Part shown: positions 36,856 to 47,024 of the stretch, in pieces
Numbering within the stretch: position 1 is the first letter of the stretch
Layout: every line of letters starts with the position of its first letter
Assembly: GCF_963676735.2 (NCBI RefSeq)
Contig: NZ_OY781464.1
Coordinates: 4,260,476 to 4,324,475, forward strand
Origin: an uncultured Draconibacterium sp.
Lineage (GTDB): Bacteria; Bacteroidota; Bacteroidia; Bacteroidales; Prolixibacteraceae
Direction of reading: 5' to 3'
Length of the DNA: 64,000 nt
Translations under genes and position numbers: made by a program
Notes under the pieces: model-generated
Told to the model about the DNA's origin: nothing
The model's database searches: none
What the model saw: the letters and a program-made list of their open reading frames with translations, nothing else

Positions 36856-37791
36856 CTATCGTTTTTTTTCAATTTCCTTTTTCAACAGAAACTCTAAAGG
36901 AATATTAAGGCGTTTTTTCCAGGCCTCCTCAGAATGATTCTCGCCTTCGAATTTCATTGTTAACCAATTAGAATGGTCATATCCATTTTGCAGCATAAGG
37001 CTATCGGCTATTTTTTGGTAAGGCTCGTAATAGGCATCCAGTGTTTCTGTTCCAAAATCGAAATAAATTTTATGAGCTTTGGCTTCCGGCAAGTTCGCTG
37101 CCATGTATTCCTTAAACTTTCCGGGAATCGGATTATTATCATCATTAAAAATCCCTATCCAGTGCGTAGAAAGGCAGGCTGCACCTCCAAAAACATCCGG
37201 GTATTCGCAAATGGCATACATCGAAATTAGCCCGCCCATGCTCGATCCGGCCACAAAAGTCTCCTCGCGGTTTGCCCTGGTTGAATACTTTGCGTCAACA
37301 AATGGCTTAAGCTCTTTAACCAAAAACTTCAGATAGTTGTCTGATTGTACCTCAACCGCAAAAAGCTCTTTGTGCGTAAGTAAAGAATCGCGGTAGGCTT
37401 CATCAAGCATTTCAAAGGGCTTTTGCGGAAAATACTCGGAGTGACGTCTCTCGTTATTCCAAATACCAACCACTATTGTTTCGCGAATTTTCCCGCTTTT
37501 TAACAAGGCAGTCATTGCATCATCAACACCCCAGTCTTGTTTATTCCAGGTTTTTGTAGAGTCGAACAGCATTTGCCCATCGTGCATATATAAAACCGCA
37601 TACATTTTTTTGTCAGAGTATCCCTGGGGTAACCAAACATCAACATTTCGGGGCTTTACAAAGTCCGAACCGAAGTTCTCAATTCGTTCAACCCTTCCAC
37701 TGCTAACGCTCACTGCCGACTCCATTTGTGTATTCTCTGTACATGAAACAATTGCAACTACCGCAATGATTAGGTAAATAATATTTTTCAT
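36856..37791 (-). CDS. Alpha/beta-hydrolase-fold esterase, lipoprotein
   Basis: Start re-placed at ATG 37791 (MKNIIYLIIAVVAIVSC lipobox); YMHDGQMLFD, GSSMGG nucleophile elbow, GENHSE. Confidence 0.88.
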   Translation of the reverse strand: MKNIIYLIIAVVAIVSCTENTQMESAVSVSSGRVERIENFGSDFVKPRNVDVWLPQGYSDKKMYAVLYMHDGQMLFDSTKTWNKQDWGVDDAMTALLKSGKIRETIVVGIWNNERRHSEYFPQKPFEMLDEAYRDSLLTHKELFAVEVQSDNYLKFLVKELKPFVDAKYSTRANREETFVAGSSMGGLISMYAICEYPDVFGGAACLSTHWIGIFNDDNNPIPGKFKEYMAANLPEAKAHKIYFDFGTETLDAYYEPYQKIADSLMLQNGYDHSNWLTMKFEGENHSEEAWKKRLNIPLEFLLKKEIEKKR

Positions 37792-37843
37792 TTTCTTGTT
37801 TAGTTCTACCGGGAACAAACAGCTTAAGTCTGGTTGTTTCGCA

Positions 37844-39703
37844 CTATTCCATTTTCAAAATAAACGATTCTAATCCGGCAAGTCCGATGTTAATAAAACC
37901 GGTGCCATCTTTTATTTCCAATTTATTTATTTCATCCGAAAGCTGATCAGAAAGCTTGTACGAACCATCTTTTAAATCCATTTGTGTAATAGTTTCTGCA
38001 TCCAATTTTAGCTGAAACTTCTGTTCTTTTTCTTCGAAATTACAGACAATAATTAAGCGATCGTTGCCATTCCAGCGCACAAACGAGAAAACTTTGTTGG
38101 TGTAGTTTTCGGTATTTTGACGATTGTAGGTATGAATGTCTTTGTAAGCGCCCATTAATGCCGAAGAATGTGCAGAGAAACTCAACAGGGCTTTGTAAAA
38201 GGTATGTAACGCTTTTTCCTCCTGTGTAGATTGGCCTCCATCAAATTTGCCATTGTTCATCCAACGCTGGTGGGCAGGTACGCCGCAATAATCAAAAATC
38301 GAAGTACGTGTTTCGTCGCCAAAGCCCATATCCCCATCGCCGGGTTCACCAACATTCTGCCCAAAATACAGCATCGTTGGCGAGGTGCTTAAACAGGTTG
38401 AGACCACCATGGCCGGCTTTCCTTTTTGGGCGCTTCCGGCAAATCCCTTGCTGGCAATACGTTGTTCGTCGTGATTTTCCAAAAAATGCAACATGTGGTG
38501 CTCAATATCTTCCAACCCATTGTATATCGCAGGTAAATTATCGGTACTTCCATGGCCTTGCATAATGTGCTTCAGGGTGTCGTACAGCTCCACTTTATCG
38601 TACAAATAATCCATTTTCCCTTTATGAATATAATCGCGGTAAAGGCTGGGATTGTATACTTCGGCTAACAAGAAAACCTCGGGATTTTTCATTTTTAAAG
38701 CCGAGTTCATGTAACTCCAAAACTCCACCGGTACCATTTCTGCCATGTCGAATCGAAAGCCATCAACACCTTTATTGAGCCAATACATGGCAATATCCAG
38801 AAATTTTTTCCAGGAGTCCGGCACATCCTTATCAAACCAAAACTCAAAATGTTCGGTATAATCTTTTTTCTCAAAACCCTCGGGAAGGGTATCAAAATCG
38901 AAAGTGCCGTCGGGCCGCACCCCGTAATTTACTTTAACGGTTTCGTACCAATCATAAAAATGGGGCTGTGCCAAACGCGAGCCGTTACCCGTCCATTTCG
39001 CAGGATTTTCATCAAATTTGCCATCTGCCAACGGATGCTTCTCGCCTCCAAGCGGCTGATAAGCATTTAAACTTTCAGGCACTTTAAAAGCTTCGCCGGG
39101 TATGTAATAAAAATTATTATTTCGTTTGTATTCTGCCGAAGTATCGTCATGTTTACCAAAATCGTGCACGCCTTCGGGTTTTGAAATTGAGTGATAATTG
39201 CGCGCTACATGATTTGGTACAATATCAATAATCACTTTCATTCCGTGTTGGTGGGTACGGGCAATCAGTGCTTCAAATTCTTCCAAACGTTTTTCCGGGT
39301 CTTCTGCCAAATCAGGATTTACATTGTAATAATCTTTTACTGCATAGGGCGATCCGGCGCGGCCTTTAACCACATCAGGGTCGTCATTCGAAATGCCGTA
39401 ATTGCTATAATCGGTAATTACACAGTGATGCGGAACACCGGTGTACCAGATATGGGTTATTCCCATTGCTTTTAGCGAATCCAGTGCTAAGTTGGTAAAA
39501 TCGTTAAATTTCCCAACACCATTTTCTTCAATGGTGCCCCAGGGTTTATTGGTGGTGTTTGTATTTCCAAACAAGCGGGTAAATACCTGATAAACTACAA
39601 ATTTTCCTTCTGTTGATTCGGGTTGTTTTTGCACCTGTTTTTTGGAGGGCTGACAGGCGAATAGAATTAGGCTTATTAAAAAGAAAGAAAGAATATTTTT
39701 CAT
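37844..39703 (-). CDS. GH13 alpha-amylase family lipoprotein
   Basis: Start re-placed at ATG 39703 (lipobox LFAC); DIVPNH, DGFRFDMAE, LAEVY, FLENHDE catalytic regions. Confidence 0.92.
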   Translation of the reverse strand: MKNILSFFLISLILFACQPSKKQVQKQPESTEGKFVVYQVFTRLFGNTNTTNKPWGTIEENGVGKFNDFTNLALDSLKAMGITHIWYTGVPHHCVITDYSNYGISNDDPDVVKGRAGSPYAVKDYYNVNPDLAEDPEKRLEEFEALIARTHQHGMKVIIDIVPNHVARNYHSISKPEGVHDFGKHDDTSAEYKRNNNFYYIPGEAFKVPESLNAYQPLGGEKHPLADGKFDENPAKWTGNGSRLAQPHFYDWYETVKVNYGVRPDGTFDFDTLPEGFEKKDYTEHFEFWFDKDVPDSWKKFLDIAMYWLNKGVDGFRFDMAEMVPVEFWSYMNSALKMKNPEVFLLAEVYNPSLYRDYIHKGKMDYLYDKVELYDTLKHIMQGHGSTDNLPAIYNGLEDIEHHMLHFLENHDEQRIASKGFAGSAQKGKPAMVVSTCLSTSPTMLYFGQNVGEPGDGDMGFGDETRTSIFDYCGVPAHQRWMNNGKFDGGQSTQEEKALHTFYKALLSFSAHSSALMGAYKDIHTYNRQNTENYTNKVFSFVRWNGNDRLIIVCNFEEKEQKFQLKLDAETITQMDLKDGSYKLSDQLSDEINKLEIKDGTGFINIGLAGLESFILKME

Positions 39704-39788
39704 CGGTTTTATGATTTTTTGATAATGCGGCGCATGAAACGGCATTTTTTCATAAAACTTTAGTGGATGCGCCTTTCATTAATTGAAA

Positions 39789-39830
39789 GCCCGGAGCGCT
39801 GCCCCAGGCTATAATCTGCCCCCTCAGGGC
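39789..39830. repeat. REP-like GC-rich double-hairpin remnant
   Basis: GCCCGGAGCGCTGCCCCAGGCT...GCCCCCTCAGGGC between two PUL genes; single copy in the window. Confidence 0.35.
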
Positions 39831-39836
39831 AATTTC

Positions 39837-41675
39837 TTATTTGCTTAACTCTACAATAACTGCTGATTTTGCAGGAACCACAACTTCCGAAATATCAGAA
39901 AGTGCTTTACCCGAAATAATTTCTTTCCCGGAGGTGTAGCCATCAATTACTTCGCTGAAGCGGGCGGTTTTAATAGTTTTGGCTTCTTCGTTTTTATTCA
40001 GAATAACCATAACCGCCTCGTCGTTGGTGTAACGGAAATAGGTGTAAGTGGCATCTTCAGGAACAAAGTGCATCAGTTTTCCTTTGTGAATTACAGAAGC
40101 TGTTTTCCGCCAATTCTGTATAGTGGAAACATACTTTTTCATATCTTTTGCCGCATTGCTCAGGCCTTCTCCGGTAAAGGCATTAACGTTGTCGCCTTCC
40201 CATCCACCGGGAAAGTCCGCGCGGATATCGCCATGCTCGCTTCCATCGTGGCGCATCAGGTTTTCTGTTCCGTAATAAATTTGCGGGATACCACGTGTTG
40301 TTAAAAAGAAAGCTACTCCCATTTTATGCAAATCAACGTCTTCGCCAACCTGCACATAAAACCGCGACATATCGTGGTTATCCGGGAAAATGGTTAAATC
40401 CTCCGGTGCCGGATACTGAAAATCGTTGGCTAGTGCTTCGTAGATTTGAATTAATCCGCCGCCCCAGCTTTCTTCGTTTTTTAAGCCTTCAGCAACAGCA
40501 CTTTGTAGCGGAAAGTCCATCATACTTGGGGCATAATTTTTATATCCGTCGGCATTGTATTTCCCTAATTGCCAATACGAAACAATGGCGGGATTAAGAC
40601 TCCATTCTTCGCCAACAATATTAAAATTTGGGTATTCTTCCAGCAATTCTTTTGTCCAGTCGGCCATCATATTTTTATCGGGATAAGGCCACGTATCTTG
40701 TCTAATCCCCTCTAATCCAACATACTCTACCCACCAAACGCTGTTCTGAATAAGGTATTTTGATAAAAACGGATTACGCTGATTCATATCGGGCATAGCC
40801 GTCACAAACCACCCGTCAACCATACCTTTTACATCAGCAGCTGAAGCGTGCGGATCCTGGTTTACCGTTCGGCGATGATTGGTAATTTTTATATCAGGAT
40901 AGTTGTTTATCCAGTCTTTTGACGGCATGTCGTTCATCCACCAATGCTCTGAACCACAGTGATTAAAAATCAGGTCCATGATTAGTTTCATTCCCCGCTT
41001 ATCTAATTCTTCGTTCAGTTCGCGGTATTCATCGTTAGTTCCGTAACGGCGGTCAACCTGGTAAAAATCGGTACAGGCGTAGCCATGGTACGACGATTCG
41101 GGCATATCGTTTTCTAGCACAGGGTTAAGCCAGACAGCTGTAAATCCCATTTCCTGCAAATAATCCAGCGAATTTATTATACCACGCAAGTCGCCACCAT
41201 GGCGGCCGTAATTGTAATCGCGGTCCAGACCTTCTTTCATGCCCTCTACTTCGTCGTTGCTGGTATCGCCATTCACAAAGCGGTCGGGTGTAATCAGGTA
41301 AATTACATCGGAAGAATTAAAACCTACCCGACTGGCAGAACCAGCTTCACGTTCCCACAATTCGTAGTTGTAGGTATCAACTACATTATTTCCGTTTTTA
41401 AACTGAATATCGAAACTTCCGGGTTTAACCTCCTTGCAAAGTTTCAAATCAACAAAAAGGTAATTCGGGTTTTCAACTTTTGTTATCGAAACAATTTCAA
41501 CACCCTCATAGTTAATCACCACATCGGTTTTAGAGATGTCTTCACCATAAACCATCAATTGCAGGTCTGGCGATTTCATTCCGGCCCACCAGTTTGGTGG
41601 TTCAACACGACTAACCTCCTGTGCGGTAACATTCAGCGAAAGAAGTATAATTAATAGGCTTATTAGATTTTTCAT
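39837..41675 (-). CDS. susA: GH13 neopullulanase/cyclomaltodextrinase (SusA-like)
   Basis: RVEPPNWWAGM N-domain, YLITPDRFVNGD, YHGYA, GIRQDTWPY, VGEEW, FPDNHDM. Confidence 0.9.
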   Translation of the reverse strand: MKNLISLLIILLSLNVTAQEVSRVEPPNWWAGMKSPDLQLMVYGEDISKTDVVINYEGVEIVSITKVENPNYLFVDLKLCKEVKPGSFDIQFKNGNNVVDTYNYELWEREAGSASRVGFNSSDVIYLITPDRFVNGDTSNDEVEGMKEGLDRDYNYGRHGGDLRGIINSLDYLQEMGFTAVWLNPVLENDMPESSYHGYACTDFYQVDRRYGTNDEYRELNEELDKRGMKLIMDLIFNHCGSEHWWMNDMPSKDWINNYPDIKITNHRRTVNQDPHASAADVKGMVDGWFVTAMPDMNQRNPFLSKYLIQNSVWWVEYVGLEGIRQDTWPYPDKNMMADWTKELLEEYPNFNIVGEEWSLNPAIVSYWQLGKYNADGYKNYAPSMMDFPLQSAVAEGLKNEESWGGGLIQIYEALANDFQYPAPEDLTIFPDNHDMSRFYVQVGEDVDLHKMGVAFFLTTRGIPQIYYGTENLMRHDGSEHGDIRADFPGGWEGDNVNAFTGEGLSNAAKDMKKYVSTIQNWRKTASVIHKGKLMHFVPEDATYTYFRYTNDEAVMVILNKNEEAKTIKTARFSEVIDGYTSGKEIISGKALSDISEVVVPAKSAVIVELSK

Positions 41676-44008
41676 TTGAGTTGAGTTTTGATTGTTTTCA
41701 AATTTTTGATTTCAACCGAAGAATTGCCGGCAATCTCATATTCTTTATCCCATACCGTTGTCTTTATTCCAACGCCTGAATGGTTAATTACGCTAAACAA
41801 TCCCCGTTCTTTTTTCACCTCGAGGTGAGCACCGCCAAAATCAATACGAAAACCGTATGATCTCCACGACTCGGGTAAAAACGGATTAAAAGTAAGCTTT
41901 CCATTTACCACGCGCATGCCTCCAAATGCCATTACAAACGACATCCAGGTTCCGCCCATGCTTGTTATGTGCAGTCCATCTTCGGTATCATTGTTATAAT
42001 CATCCAAATCGAGCCGCGAGGTGCGCAGGTACATTTCGTAAGCTTTATCCTGGTAGCCAATTTTTGCGGCCAAAATAGAGTGTACACAGGGAGAGAGCGA
42101 TGACTCGTGAACCGTTAAAGGCTCGTAAAAATCGAAATGCTTTTTCAGTTCTTCGGTTGTAAAATCCTCCTGAAACAGGTACAGGCTTTGTAAAGTATCG
42201 GCTTGCTTAATGTAGGGCGAACGCAAAATACGATCCCACGACCAGTTTTGATTAATGGGCAGGTCTTCAGCTGCAAGTTCGGCTACCGGTTTTAAGTCTT
42301 TGTCAAGAAAACCGTCTTGCTGCAGGAAAATACCCCTTTCCTCATCTCTGGGGAAATACATTTTATCAATAATATCAGTCCAATGCGCTGTTTCCTGCAA
42401 TTCATTAAACTTCCATTTTTTTACCATCTCTTCGTATAAATACGGAAATTCGGTTTTCAGGTAGTCAATAACTTCAAGGGTGTATTTTAAAGTCCACACA
42501 GCCATGTAACTGGTATGGAAATTATTGTTTACGTTATTTTCGTACTCGTTGGGGCCGGTAACGCCCAGCATAACATATTTTTGCTTTGCGGTTGACCAGT
42601 TTACCCGTTGACTCCAAAAGCGGCTAATTCCGAGCAATACTTCAAAGCCAAGCGGTGCCAGGTATTCTTTGTCGCCGGTGTAATTAATATAGTCGTAAAT
42701 GGCATAAGCAATGGCCCCGTTACGGTGAATTTCTTCAAATGTAATTTCCCATTCGTTGTGGCATTCTTCGCCATTAATGGTGACCATTGGGTACAGGGCT
42801 GCTCCATTTTTAAAGCCAAGTTTTTCAGCATTTTCAATGGCCTTCTGCAAGTGCTTGTGCCGGTATACCAACAGGTTTCGTGAAACTTTTTGTGGTGCCG
42901 TGCTCAAATAAAATGGCAAGCAGTAAGCTTCGGTGTCCCAATAGGTTACACCACCATATTTTTCGCCGGTAAAACCTTTTGGTCCAATATTCAGGCGTTC
43001 GTCTTCGCCCGAGTAGGTTTGGTTTAACTGAAAAATATTGAAGCGAATGCCCTGCTGAGCCGCCACATCGCCTTCAATTTTAATATCGCTGGTTGCCCAT
43101 TTCTGTAACCAACGTTTTTTATGTGTTTCAAACAGTAAATCGAATCCGGCCTCAACAGCAATATCAATTGCTTCTTTGGCTTTTTCAGGAAGGTCTTCTT
43201 TGTTGTAGTAAAGGGAAGAAACAGTTGAAGAGATTTTCTCAACAACTATTTCATTACCCTTCTCTACTGAAACAACTTGCGTTGCCTCCACAAACTTCTC
43301 CCTTTCCCCATTCGTAATTTCTGTGTCTACTTTTTTTCCGTTTTTTAGCAGCTGAAACCACATTCCGGTACTTACCTGGAAGCCGGTTTTTAAGGTTTCA
43401 ACGGTAAGGTATGCTTCCGGGCCACCAACAGCGCGTGCCACTTCAATCCAAAATTTCTCATCGTAATTTGAATCCTCGTTTTCAACATCGCCATCCAGGT
43501 ATGGTGTTACCTTTATCTCACCTTCAAAATTAAGTGCTTTTATGGTGTACCTGATAGCCCCAATTTCGGTAGCAACAATACTTACAAAGCGGTGCGAACA
43601 TACTTCAACCTGGTTGCCGTTTTGCAATTCAGCAACAAAACTACGTGTTAACAGGCCGTGTTGCATATCCAGCTCGCGCTTAAACGAGTGGACTTTTGCT
43701 TTTGCCAGATCCAGTTCTTCGCCGTTAATGCTTACTCCAATTCCAATCCAATTGGTAGAGTTAATAATCTTGGCAAAGTACTCCGGATAACCATTCTTCC
43801 ACCAGCCTACCCGCGTTTTGTCGGGGTAGTAAATTCCGGCAACGTAGGTACCGTTTAAGGTATCGCCCGAATACTTTTCTTCGAAATTAGCACGCTGCCC
43901 CATTTTCCCGTTACCAATGCTAAACAGGCTTTCGGAAATTCGGTTATTTTCTGGAACAAATCCTTGTTCAACTATTTTCCAATCGTGATGAATAATATAA
44001 TTCTTCAT
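41672..44008 (-). CDS. GH65 maltose phosphorylase
   Basis: Start re-placed at ATG 44008; SESLFSIGNG, IGPKGFTGEKYGG, YWDTE, GPNEYE, KQAD, HESSLS motifs. Confidence 0.93.
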   Translation of the reverse strand: MKNYIIHHDWKIVEQGFVPENNRISESLFSIGNGKMGQRANFEEKYSGDTLNGTYVAGIYYPDKTRVGWWKNGYPEYFAKIINSTNWIGIGVSINGEELDLAKAKVHSFKRELDMQHGLLTRSFVAELQNGNQVEVCSHRFVSIVATEIGAIRYTIKALNFEGEIKVTPYLDGDVENEDSNYDEKFWIEVARAVGGPEAYLTVETLKTGFQVSTGMWFQLLKNGKKVDTEITNGEREKFVEATQVVSVEKGNEIVVEKISSTVSSLYYNKEDLPEKAKEAIDIAVEAGFDLLFETHKKRWLQKWATSDIKIEGDVAAQQGIRFNIFQLNQTYSGEDERLNIGPKGFTGEKYGGVTYWDTEAYCLPFYLSTAPQKVSRNLLVYRHKHLQKAIENAEKLGFKNGAALYPMVTINGEECHNEWEITFEEIHRNGAIAYAIYDYINYTGDKEYLAPLGFEVLLGISRFWSQRVNWSTAKQKYVMLGVTGPNEYENNVNNNFHTSYMAVWTLKYTLEVIDYLKTEFPYLYEEMVKKWKFNELQETAHWTDIIDKMYFPRDEERGIFLQQDGFLDKDLKPVAELAAEDLPINQNWSWDRILRSPYIKQADTLQSLYLFQEDFTTEELKKHFDFYEPLTVHESSLSPCVHSILAAKIGYQDKAYEMYLRTSRLDLDDYNNDTEDGLHITSMGGTWMSFVMAFGGMRVVNGKLTFNPFLPESWRSYGFRIDFGGAHLEVKKERGLFSVINHSGVGIKTTVWDKEYEIAGNSSVEIKNLKTIKTQLK

Positions 44009-44030
44009 CTTTACTAATCTTAATTCGTTT

Positions 44031-45374
44031 TTAATTTGTGGTTTTATCGTCAACATCAGTTACCCGGGTAACCAGGGCTGCTGCAATAAGAAAAGAAACA
44101 CCACTTGTTACAATGGCAAAAATCGGATTTCCGCCATAAAAGTGTTTTACAATTGGTCCACCAATAATGGCATTTACAATTTGCGGCAATACAATAAAAA
44201 AGTTAAATATTCCCATGTAAACACCCATTTTGCGCGGTGGAATCGATCCGGCTAAAATGGCATAGGGCATAGCCAAAATACTTGCCCATGCTATACCAAT
44301 GGCCATCATCGAAAGAATTAACCAGTTTTCGTTAGGCATAAAGTACATTGAAATAAAACCTAACCCACCAATAATTAGTGCTATAGCATGAGAACGTTTC
44401 CGCCCAACTTTATGCGCAATTGCCGGTAAAAAGAAAGCAAAAATGCCTGCAACCGCGTTATAAACACCAAACAAAATACCTACCCAGTCGCCGGCATCCT
44501 GAAATGCAGCACTGTGTGTATCGTCTATAGCTAAACCATAAACATGATGCGCAACTGCCGGAGTTGTAAATACCCACATACCAAATAAGCCAAACCAAGA
44601 GAAAAACTGTACACCACTTAACTGGCGCATTGTTTTTGGCATTTTGGCAAAGTCTGAAAATATTTCCAGGAGACTTGAACTTTCTTCCTCTGCTACCTCT
44701 TTTTCTCCGGAGAACTCTTGAAGTTCTTCAGGTGAATATTCCTTGGTTCCGATTACCGTAACCAAAATACTTGTTACTAACACACCGGCTCCAATTACAA
44801 AGGAAAGAAGCAGGTTTAGAGGAACCTCACCAGCTGCAGCCTGATTACTTAAGCCAAACCAATTGGTTAAAGCATAAGGCAACCACGATCCTACCACTGC
44901 ACCAATACTTATTAATACGGTTTGAATGCTAAATCCGAGTGTTCGCTGATCAGAAGGGAGCATATCGGCCACCAAAGCCCTGAAGGGCTCCATAGCCACA
45001 TTAAACGATGCATCCATTATCATCAGCATACCGGCTCCTACCCAAAGTGCAGGCATGAATGCGGTAAACATATCGGCGTTTGGCATAAGTATTAAACCAC
45101 ATGATGCCAGTAAGGCCCCGGTTAAAAAGAAAGGCCTGCGTCGCCCGAGACGCGTCCAGGTACGATCGCTGTAATGGCCAATTATTGGCTGAACAATTAA
45201 ACCGGTTAAGGGTGCAACTATCCAGAACCATCCGAGTTCATGAACATCGGCACCAAAAATCTGAAGTATGCGACTGGCGTTGGCATTTTGCAGGGCAAAG
45301 CCCATTTGAATGCCAAGAAAGCCAAAACTCATATTCCAAATTTGCCAAAAACTAAGCGTAGGTTTTTTGCGCAT
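44031..45374 (-). CDS. MFS maltose/sucrose (SLC45-like) transporter
   Basis: LSFWQIWNMSFGFLGIQ, SDRTWTRLGRRRPF, MEPFRALVAD, GVYMGIFNFFIVLPQ. Confidence 0.92.
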   Translation of the reverse strand: MRKKPTLSFWQIWNMSFGFLGIQMGFALQNANASRILQIFGADVHELGWFWIVAPLTGLIVQPIIGHYSDRTWTRLGRRRPFFLTGALLASCGLILMPNADMFTAFMPALWVGAGMLMIMDASFNVAMEPFRALVADMLPSDQRTLGFSIQTVLISIGAVVGSWLPYALTNWFGLSNQAAAGEVPLNLLLSFVIGAGVLVTSILVTVIGTKEYSPEELQEFSGEKEVAEEESSSLLEIFSDFAKMPKTMRQLSGVQFFSWFGLFGMWVFTTPAVAHHVYGLAIDDTHSAAFQDAGDWVGILFGVYNAVAGIFAFFLPAIAHKVGRKRSHAIALIIGGLGFISMYFMPNENWLILSMMAIGIAWASILAMPYAILAGSIPPRKMGVYMGIFNFFIVLPQIVNAIIGGPIVKHFYGGNPIFAIVTSGVSFLIAAALVTRVTDVDDKTTN

Positions 45375-45475
45375 AACATTTTTTTAAATTTCTAGCTAAG
45401 CTGTATATAAATGAAAACACAGCAAAAGAATTTTTGCTGTTAAACACGAAGTATGTACGAATTGATTTGCCTGCA

Positions 45476-45508
45476 CAAATATAAAACAGAATGCAAGAGA
45501 AATCCAAA
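45476..45508 (-). promoter_or_regulatory. Promoter of the MFS-GH65-GH13 operon
   Basis: -7 TATATTTG (45476-45483) and -33 TTTG (45505-45508), 21-bp spacer. Confidence 0.65.
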
Positions 45509-45564
45509 TCGGCCAGTGGCTGAACACTCGTAAACAAGGCCATTTCAGAAGAAAACAATCATTT

Positions 45565-45577
45565 CAAACGTTTGCGG
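45565..45577 (-). promoter_or_regulatory. LacI-type operator CCGCAAACGTTTG
   Basis: Identical 13-mer to 46839-46851 in the opposite orientation; AAACGTTT core typical of LacI-family sites. Confidence 0.7.
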
Positions 45578-45657
45578 AAACCTAAAACATATTGTATAAC
45601 ATATTTTACTTTGTCTTGTAATATTCTGCAAATTCGGACTCAGAAATAATCAGTTGG

Positions 45658-46674
45658 CTAAATAAGCGATGATCCCCGCACAATTAGGTTGGCATTTAAC
45701 ACATTGGTTTCAAAAGGGTAATCATCAACTTCGGCGGTTATTCGTTTTAGTAACATTTGGGTAGCTATTGTTCCCATTTCGTAACCATGTTGGTCGACAG
45801 AAGTTAGCGTCGGGTCGGTAATACCCGAGAAGCGCCCATCGGAAAAGCCTACCACAGCAATCTCATCGGGTATTTTATAACCTTTTTTCTGAATGGTTTG
45901 CATGGCGCCAATGGCAGTCAGATCGTTGGTAGCAAAAACGCCATCAAACTTCTTTTTCTGGTTTATAAGTTTCATAATGGCCATGCGTGCCTTTTCAAAC
46001 GAATCCGACTCGAGAATCAAATCTTCATCAACGGCAATACCAGCTTCTGCCAAAGCTTTTAAATACCCTTCTTTGCGTTGTTTACCAATTAATAACGACA
46101 TGGGTCCTCCGAGATGAACAATACGTTCGCGTCCGCTGTCGATAAGATGTTTGGTTGCCCTGTACGAGGCATCAAAATCATCGATAATAACCTGGTCGGC
46201 GATAAGGTCGGGTACAATCCGGTCGTAAAACACCATGGGTACATTATTATTGGCAAAATTATGCAGGTGCTTGTAACTGGTTGTTTCTTTTGATATAGAC
46301 ACCAAAACACCATCAACCCTACTGGCCAGCAAAGTTTTAGCATTGGCAACTTCGCGCTCGAAACGCTCGTTACTCTGGCATATAATTACATTAAACCCGG
46401 CATCGTAGGCCACATCCTCGATACCGCTAATTACCGACGAAAAGAAATAATGAACAATCTCGGGTATAATTACACCGATGGTATTGCTTCTTCTTTGCTT
46501 GAGGCTAAGCGCTACTGCATTGGGCTGGTAATTCATTTTTTCGGCCAGCTCGTTTACCGCCCGCTTTGTTTCTGCACTAATATCGGGATGATTTTTAAGT
46601 GCCCGCGATACGGTTGAGGCTGAAATATTCAGTTCACGAGCTAAGTCTTTTATTGTAACAAGTCCGCTTTTCAT
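45658..46674 (-). CDS. LacI family transcriptional regulator (MalR-like)
   Basis: VTIKDLARELNISASTVSRAL HTH, YQPNAVALSL hinge, sugar-binding domain. Confidence 0.95.
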   Translation of the reverse strand: MKSGLVTIKDLARELNISASTVSRALKNHPDISAETKRAVNELAEKMNYQPNAVALSLKQRRSNTIGVIIPEIVHYFFSSVISGIEDVAYDAGFNVIICQSNERFEREVANAKTLLASRVDGVLVSISKETTSYKHLHNFANNNVPMVFYDRIVPDLIADQVIIDDFDASYRATKHLIDSGRERIVHLGGPMSLLIGKQRKEGYLKALAEAGIAVDEDLILESDSFEKARMAIMKLINQKKKFDGVFATNDLTAIGAMQTIQKKGYKIPDEIAVVGFSDGRFSGITDPTLTSVDQHGYEMGTIATQMLLKRITAEVDDYPFETNVLNANLIVRGSSLI

Positions 46675-46838
46675 ATTATATAGAGAATTCCCCAGTGATT
46701 GTTTAATGGTTCAATTCTTTTATTGATGTAGGTTATGTACAAATGTAAGCATTTAGCCTCAATTGGCGCCCAAATTCTTTTGTAGAAATTGTCCGACCAG
46801 TAACTACCTGTTTTATAACATATTGGATGCAAACGACA

Positions 46839-46853
46839 CCGCAAACGTTTGCA
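46839..46853. promoter_or_regulatory. LacI-type operator upstream of susC
   Basis: Perfect palindrome GCAAACGTTTGC at 46841-46852; half-site TGCAAACG at 46828. Confidence 0.75.
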
Positions 46854-47024
46854 TAAAGGAGGATGTTAAAAAACGTAATTTATTCTTAACAATTATTATA
46901 CATTCGCTTCAGGAATTTAGCATTTGTTAAACACAAAGTCTCTGTAACGAATTGATTTATTGCCAACTAAATGAGTTAAGAGAATTTAACAAATAGAAAG
47001 ATTCATAAACTAATAACATGTAAA

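Noticed and set aside
45419-45440. ACAGCAAAA/TTTTGCTGT hairpin in the MFS leader as a riboswitch or attenuator
   Set aside because: A single AT-rich stem without alternative structure or U-tract; not enough support.
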